From Octopus sinensis (taxonomy: Eukaryota): a DNA stretch of 64,000 nt. Below, piece by piece: positions 56,783 through 64,000 of the stretch. How positions within the stretch are numbered: the first letter of the stretch is position 1; the number at the start of each line of letters is the position of its first letter. A program made the position numbers and the translations under genes. The notes under the pieces were generated by a model, which was not told the DNA's origin, did no database searches, and saw nothing but the letters and a program-made list of their open reading frames with translations. The stretch is taken from contig NC_043015.1 in assembly GCF_006345805.1 (NCBI RefSeq), positions 24,366,001 to 24,430,000 of the forward strand, given 5' to 3'.

Positions 56783-56966
56783 GAGTGCTTAGCCACTTGC
56801 ACGTTTATCTCACGAGAAGGCTGTTCTGTTGCTCGGATTAACTGGAACTCTCGTCGTCGTAACCGAGGGAGTGCCACAATATACTGGACTACCCCTTTCC
56901 CAGTTTTGTTTCATGAGTCTTTTCTTTTCCGGGTTATTTCGTGTGCTTTCAACATCGATAGATATG

Positions 56967-57210
56967 CAGTAGTCCCTCGACTATCGCGGCTGTTACGTTG
57001 CAAAACCATCCGCGATAGATGACCTGATGTTTTAATATACGATCAACGTAAGTTCAGTAACCCCTCACCTTATCGCGGTTCACCTGCCACTGTTTATTAT
57101 TTAAGTTTACGTCGATTCCTCCGTGGTGTTGTTTTGCATTTATAAATTAAACATATACAAATTATAAAAAGAATAATAATAATAAATATACAATACAGCA
57201 CAGTACTGGA
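56967..57210 (+). mobile_element. Tigger/pogo-like MITE fragment
   Basis: CAGTAGTCCCTCGACTATCGCGG terminus resembling Tigger TIRs. Confidence 0.5.
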
Positions 57211-57224
57211 TCAAGAGAGTGGCC

Positions 57225-57643
57225 GCTATGTCTGGTAACAAGACTTTGCACCATGCCACACAAGCAGGAGGACCCAGTCAAAGCTAGAGATAATTTCTGC
57301 GCCAAAGTCGTCCCTAACACCTGGCCACCTAACTCCTCAGACTACAACCCTTTTGATTATGTATCGGGCGTAGCTGAACGAGAGACCAACGAAACTCCTT
57401 ATAAACACCAAAGATGAACTGAAGGTAAGGATTATAGTAGCATTCACCAACTTAAACAAGGAGACCGTCCAGAAGAGTTGAAGAAGCTTCCAAAGTCGTT
57501 GAAGCCAATGGCGATTTTATTGAATAAATTTACTCGTTAGTATTTCAAGATATTTTTATGTAGTTTTGGTAAATATTTCTGTTTAAATGAGATGTCAGTA
57601 TCATTTTTATTTTGCGTAATTCAGGCGATAGTTTATATACCGG

Positions 57644-57650
<7 letters not shown>
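57225..57650 (+). mobile_element. Tc1/mariner transposase 3' fragment with terminal repeat
   Basis: QQDFAPCHTSRRTQ..NTWPPNSSDYNPFDY..AERETN..NTKDELKVRI..VEANGDFIE (WPP.SPDLNP.D motif); ends ACCGGACCC before (TA)n. Confidence 0.85.
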
Positions 57651-57693
<43 letters not shown>

Positions 57694-58606
57694 TGTATAT
57701 ATAACATCAAACGAGTGGTAGAGGAGCATCTAATTGAAATGAATGCATATTTTTACTAGAATAATCAGGATTCAGAAAATCTATGAATATTTTCCGAATG
57801 TGACGAAAGAATTTCAAATTTTACCTTATAATTTAATATCCATAGATTATTATCATTATTATTATTTTTATTAGAGTTATTATTGTTTGATTATTGTTTG
57901 TGGCAAGTTGATACGTAGAGGGGATGAGAAATGACAAGAGTTTCCTTTTTTTATTGTTGAAATATTTAATAACGTATTTTACTATAATATTTTAAAATAC
58001 ACAAATAAATAAACCATATTAAAGATACATGCAAAATATATAAATACTAAAACAAGCAGACTTCAATGAGAAAGATGTAACAAGAACAAAATGGAGAACA
58101 AAAGAAAAAGTAAACAAAAAAAAGTCATTTTTCTGTCTCAGTAATTTGAACAAAGGATTCATCAAATTTTAACAGTTATTCATTATCATGCAAGTTTTAT
58201 TAGAATAAATTGCATGATTTAATCATTTGACTTGGATATTTTTCGATCTGTTCATTAACGCAGTGATTAATTAATGAAAGTTTTGTCTCTGTTTTTCTGT
58301 TTTATATAATAAAATAATTTCATAAAAGAAAAGAAAAAGAAACAAAAAGGAAAGAAGATTCTTTTGAATTAGGTGATCAACATGGTAATGTTTCTGGCTA
58401 CTTACTTCATATAAGTATCGGAATACACACACACACACACATATTCATGCACACACGCACTCACATACACTGCTAAAATATTTGGAAAGTTATACTAATT
58501 AAGTTACGCAACTCTCCTCATGTTTGGCATAAATAAGCTATAGAAACACGTGTAGTGATGCCCCGCGATTTCCATTCGTTTTCCTCTTGCATTTTATATA
58601 CCAGGA

Positions 58607-58645
<39 letters not shown>

Positions 58646-59366
58646 TATGAACAGAAGCAAGTACGACTTCAATTCATGCATATCAAATGCTCAGTCACTG
58701 AGTATGCACAACGCATCCACAGGTTGTTGGTGCTTTGATTTTTATATATATGAATTCCACAAAATAAATGACTCTAGCACAAATCTTAGGCATGAAGGAA
58801 ATATGGTCTGTTTTACATGGGAACCTTCTAGGGGTAATTAAATAATTTGCTATTTGAATTCGTATAAATATACATCCATACATGTGTTTGCATGTATATA
58901 TGCATTTATGGGTGGTGGCTGTGTGTGTTGTATAAAAGTTTACATGTGTAATTATTTGTTTATATATTTGCATAAACGTACATGCATGTACATACACTTA
59001 TATATATTTGCACGCACGCACAATATACATCGATAAAGCTGAGCATACACACACCGAAACAATCGCAGTCTGCCATTTACCTTTAAATTTTCATCTTTTT
59101 GTTTTGTGTCTTTTCTTTTCTTGGTTTCTATTTCGTCTTTTTTTACATTTGCAATCATTGATTTCTGTCCAGGTTTCAATTCTTCAGCAACGTGGCGAAT
59201 TTGTTCATAGTGTGAGAAATATGAGATCATTCCTCCATGGCTGTGGACGGTTTTGCAGCCTCTAAACCGCCATTGCAGTTAAAGGATTATTACATGGAAC
59301 GAAAAGCTTGAGGTCGTTGCAAAACTGGAAGTGCAATAGTTTATATTATATATAGGGGAGTATAAA

Positions 59367-59638
59367 ATGGCCGACCCCCAGGTTGTAGAAGGCCCTCCAG
59401 CCAAGAGACCAAAGCTTGCGTCACCTGCTTTACCAAGTGACAGTGGAGATGCATTTATGACTGAATTCGATTTAAACGAAGCGCTACCAGATGAGTTAAT
59501 GTCTACAAATAACTCGGCAAGTGATGGGTCCCACAATGGAACAAATGATTCTCAGGTTCCATCCGGTCAAGATACCAGTTCGCAAAGGCACCCACACCAA
59601 CAGTTATCTCATGGCTCCAGTTCTTCCTCAGTAACATG
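59367..59638 (+). pseudogene. CREBBP: CBP/p300 N-terminal coding sequence, truncated or followed by an intron
   Basis: MADPQVVEGPPAKRPKLASPALPSDSGDAFMTEFDLNEALPDELM aligns with human CBP MAENLLDGPPNPKRAKLSSPGFSANDSTDFGSLFDLENDLPDELI; AAAATGG start context. Pseudogene versus functional first exon is unresolved. Confidence 0.75.
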
Positions 59639-60200
59639 TATTTCTTTATTGCCCATAGGTTCTAAACATAGACGTGACAAACAAGGACAGACAAAGGAAT
59701 TAAGTCAATTACATCGACCCCAGTATGCAACTGGTACTTATTTAATCGACCCCGAAAGGATGAAAGGCAGACGAAATACCGCAGACGAAATACTTATTTC
59801 TTTACTGCACACAAGGGGTTTACACACAGAGGGGTCAAACAAGGACAAACGGATTAAGTCGATTATATCGACCCCAGTGCGTAACTGGTACTTATTTAAT
59901 CGACCACGAAAGGATGAAAGGCAAAGTTGACCTCGGCGGAATTTGAACTCAGAATGTAACGGCAGACAAAATACCTATTTCTTTACTACCCACAAGGGAC
60001 TAAACACAGAGAGGACAAACAAGGACAGACAAACGGATTAAGTCGATTATATAGACCCCAGTGCGTAACTGGTACTTAATTTATCGACCCTGAAAGGATA
60101 AAAGGCGACATCGGCGGAATTTGAACTCACAACGTAACAGCAGACGAAATACGGCTACACATTTCGCTCGGCGTGCTAACGTTTTGCCAGCTCACCGCCT
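59639..60200 (-). mobile_element. Three tandem partial family A SINEs
   Basis: TATTTCTTTA..CCCA..AACAAGGACAGAC recurs near 59639, 59795 and 59975; a single head at about 60200. Confidence 0.85.
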
Positions 60201-62129
60201 TCCGGTAAATCAAATTTGAGAGCAAGCTGGAATGTTTAATAGTTTGTAGCTTCTTTTATGAAAACAGTACTGTGTTAGTAGTACACAGACAATACCCCAG
60301 CATTAAAAATTTTAAATATATGTAATTTTGCGTTAGATATGCCAGTTTTAAATGCTCAGTTAAATGGTTATATATTTACATATACCTGCAAACACACACA
60401 TTCATATTTATATGTACATGTATTTTTATATAAAGGTATATATACAATTAACATACATAGGCGTGCACCAGAAAAGGTTTAACGGTTCTTCTTTAGCCAT
60501 TGGCTAATAATGTCGGTTTTCTGGATCCTGAGGCGTATATAATCCCTACACGCGCCCTTTATGCGGCGCCGATCTGCCAGGTAAATTATTTTCAGCTCTA
60601 GGCACAGGCCCGAAATTTTGGGTGGTGGAAGCTAGTCGATTAGATCGACCCCAGTAGCCAACTGGTATTTAATTTATCGACCCCAAAAGGATGAAAGGCA
60701 AAGTCGACCTCGGCGGATTTTGCCAGCTAAATTGACTGCATCAATTTCATATGAAATGTTTTGCTCAAGGACACATCGTATCGCCCAGTCAAGAATTGAA
60801 AACAACCTTACGATCATGAGTGCAACATACTAAGCCACACCCCTTCGCACCTACGTACATACATGTATAATGAGCATTTGCGCGCGCGTGTATGTGTGTG
60901 TGTGTGTGTGTTAGGTTTCTTTTCTTTTTCTGTGTTTTTTAACAGGTTACAGTGTTGTACTAATTAATTGCTCAACGAAATTGCTAACTGCATGGCTTAT
61001 ATTTCCTCAACTCATTCCCACACTTTTGATCAAACTAACTTCGGCTCCATGTTATTTTTACGACATTTCCTTTCATCGTCAATTATTTTTCTCAGCATTA
61101 TAGCGCTACATGAAAGATTATGACTAAAAGCTTAATAGTAGAACGCATCTATTAACTCTGCCAAAATACATACAAAATCAAGTAGAAAGCATATATTAGT
61201 CTTCAGTACATCCAAGTATCTATCATCTCATAGTACGTATATACTATACAAGAAAGCTTTCATTAACTTTCTGTCCACCCGTACTGCGTAAGTGATCCAT
61301 CGTAAGCATTAAATTCAGAGAATGCAATTTGAAGAGTATTTGCGGAACGACTGTAAATTTTCAAAGGTAAATTTGTGAAGTTCTGTGGTTCACTTTTCTC
61401 GTTGTCATGTAACATTACTCAGTCCAGTCTTTGATGTCATATGGTTCATTTTTAGATCATTAACATTTATTATGCAAAATATATTATTAACATTTAAGCA
61501 TATCTCATTTAATATACACAATTTACAAAAGAGCTGCTAATAGTTTGTTTTTTGTTTTAGAGATGCAATAAATTGGCAGATTTGTATAACATGCCATGTA
61601 TCTCCAAATACTCTTTCAAGCTCAGTGCATATCTTTAGATGTATTTAAAAACCAGGATAGAGTATCGATCTCACAGGCTCTGGACTCCTCTCTCATATCT
61701 TATTCTATACCAGCTACATTAACTATGATTTCTACAAAGACAACGAAGATCTTAGTGTTTTATTTTTCTTTTCTTTTCATTGTTCTCGTTCCACTTTTTG
61801 CATCAATGTTTTTCACGTTCTTATCGCCGTTTTTTTTTCTTCAGGATTTCTCATAGATCGACATCCTGTTTTTTTTTTTCTTTTAAATACATCTAACGAT
61901 ATGAAATGAGCCTGCAAGATTGCTTGGAGATACATAGCATGCTGTATAAATCTGTCAGATTATTGTATCGCTAACGCAAGAAGTTATTAGTTGGTCTTTT
62001 GTAAACTATGTACATTAATTGATGATATTTATCTTTCACTGTTGGAAGTACTTATTTGTTGATCCGACCGCTAACGGAACTGGAAACTTTATATATATAT
62101 ATATATATATAATGTGTGTGTGTGTGTGT

Positions 62130-62417
62130 GGAGGCGCAATGGCCTAGGGGTTAGGGCAGCGGACTCGCGGTTTCGATTCCCGGACCGAGTGTTGTGTGTG
62201 TTTATTGAGCGAAAACACCTCAAAGCTCCACGAGGCTCCGGCAGGGGGGGGGGGGTGATCCCTGCTGTACTCTTTCACCACTTTTTCTCTCTCTCTTTCT
62301 TCTGTTGGCCTGCTCGCTTAGCCAGCGGGGTGGCGTCATTCGAAGGCTAAAATAATGCGAACGCATTGTGACCAGCGATGTGTAAAACATCTGATGGTCT
62401 GGTCGGTCACGTGATCA
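62130..62417 (+). mobile_element. Family C tRNA-headed SINE
   Basis: GGAGGCGCAATGGCC head, GGTTTCGATTCCC B-box and GGTCACGTGATCA tail. Confidence 0.85.
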
Positions 62418-62483
62418 CTTTTAGCTAAGTCATGCGTCATGCGATGGGTAACACCCTCTTATACACACACACACATATATATA

Positions 62484-62518
<35 letters not shown>

Positions 62519-62560
62519 AGAGGGTGTTACCCATCGCATGACGCATAACTTAGTTAAAAG
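62418..62560. repeat. 46-bp inverted repeat enclosing a microsatellite
   Basis: 62418-62463 is approximately the reverse complement of 62515-62560. Confidence 0.9.
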
Positions 62561-62569
62561 TTCTGCTTA

Positions 62570-63390
62570 TGGAGACTTCAGATGAAAGCGTAAGAAATGT
62601 TTACAGAAGAACAAGTAGAGTTTAGGCCTGTGGAGCAGATATTTAATATTAGACAGCTCACTAAGAAATATGTACAGTACATATCTGACCTGTATCACAA
62701 CGTCATCGACTTCAAAAAGGCTTTTGACCGTGTCTGGTACTATGAGCTGTGGAACGTGATGAAGAATTACAAATTCAACAACTTCATCGAAGTAATCCAA
62801 GCACTGTATGAAAACTCTCGCAGTGCAGTTCTAAAGACAAGATCGGGGAATACTTCAGAACAGGAATGTCTCTTCAGTGCTTTTCAATATCTTCTTTGAG
62901 AACATCATGCAGGAAGCACTTCTAGACTTTCACCAATTTGTTTACATTGTGGGGCAGCGAATTTCCGTCCAGGTAGGAAGTAGTGAAGTAGGACTATAGG
63001 GGGCTCATCTCTAGTCTTGAAGAGTATTAGAACCATACGGGATTGAGATCAGCCCAGAAAGAGCAAGGTCCTGGTTAACTGTAATAACCAAAGCATGGCA
63101 GCAAGCATTATGCTGAATGAAGAAAAAAATTGAAGTGGACACATTTAAGTGCCTCGGATCCACTTTAACCAAGGACGGCAGATCGCAAAAAGGGATAGCA
63201 ACAAGACTCAGTTTAACCTCTGCTGCCATGACGAAGCTGAACGCCATATAACAAAAGCAATTCCATTATTTTCCCAAAACACACAAAGTGTGCAAATCCC
63301 GAGTGATTTTGATACTTATATATGGGTGTGAGATGTAGAATTCTACAGCTAACATGGAATCAAGAATTTAAGCATTTCGCCTAATTGATT
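62570..63390 (+). mobile_element. Decayed RTE-type LINE reverse transcriptase
   Basis: EEQVEFR.VEQIFNIRQL..KY..LYHNVIDFKKAFDRVW..LW.VM..Y..IEVIQALYEN; later EISPEKSKVL..FKCLGSTLTKDG..IYGCE; frameshifts and stops. Confidence 0.9.
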
Positions 63391-63900
63391 AAACTTGTTT
63401 TAAGATTATCTAGGCCGATTTTCATGTGTGTGTGCGCGCGCGCATGTGCATGTTCTCACCTGAGATTGCAGAAGCATGAAACTCGAGTTGCAGGACAGAC
63501 ACTTAGTTTCAATTTTAATTTTCAAAAATCAATATACACATATGACGCGCGCGCGCGTGTGTGTGTGTAATAGTTGTGGTTGAAAAACAAAATGCTCAAC
63601 ACTCATTATGGTTAAAAGTGATATTTGTAACAGAAAGGGTTAAAATGATAGTTGTAACTTAAAAAATCCGTCTATGAAAACAGAGAGAGAAAGAGAGAGC
63701 GGAGCTCCGTGTTACTTTCCAATGAATTCATTGCAAAATATCAGCAGAGAAGAATTCTAAATTGATATAATTCGAAAAAAGAAGAGTTTCATAAAATACT
63801 TCACCTTCGTCCATTTCTATGTTTTCAACACGCTCGGAAAAGTAACTATGAAACCATTTGAATATCGCTATTTTTTTTACACTCACTCACGCACACATGC

Positions 63901-63932
<32 letters not shown>

Positions 63933-64000
63933 ATCACACACACACCTATGTATGTATTTGTTCTATTGATTTCCAATTTGATCTTTGATATTAGATTCGA

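Noticed and set aside
58952-59350. Minus-strand ORF (58952-59230) and a short plus-strand RIITWNEKLEVVAKLE pogo-HTH-like peptide
   Set aside because: The minus ORF is explained by the complement of a pyrimidine tract; the peptide is too short and ends in a stop.

Overview
AT-rich, repeat-dense animal genomic DNA, most likely octopus (inferred from three tRNA-headed SINE families and very abundant (TA)n, (AGAT)n and (AAT)n microsatellites; no database search was possible). Almost every ORF in the supplied track is a microsatellite read-through. The only recognisable host-gene sequence is the N-terminus of a CBP/p300 histone acetyltransferase (59367 onward), which runs into a cluster of SINEs after about 90 codons. 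The rest is decayed mobile DNA: mariner/Tc1, RTE and CR1 LINE fragments, Helitron/Helentron ends, MITEs and SINEs. The main finding is a set of minimal type I hammerhead ribozymes (HHRs). A near-identical ~590-bp tandem array with an inverted partial copy (6599-8186) carries three HHRs with intact catalytic cores, resembling a retrozyme or Penelope-type repeat. Further HHR-like motifs occur at 11.1-11.5 kb (inside a palindromic tRNA-headed element), 14.3, 24.9, 32.1, 35.2 and 42.5 kb. Repeat boundaries were read by eye and are approximate.
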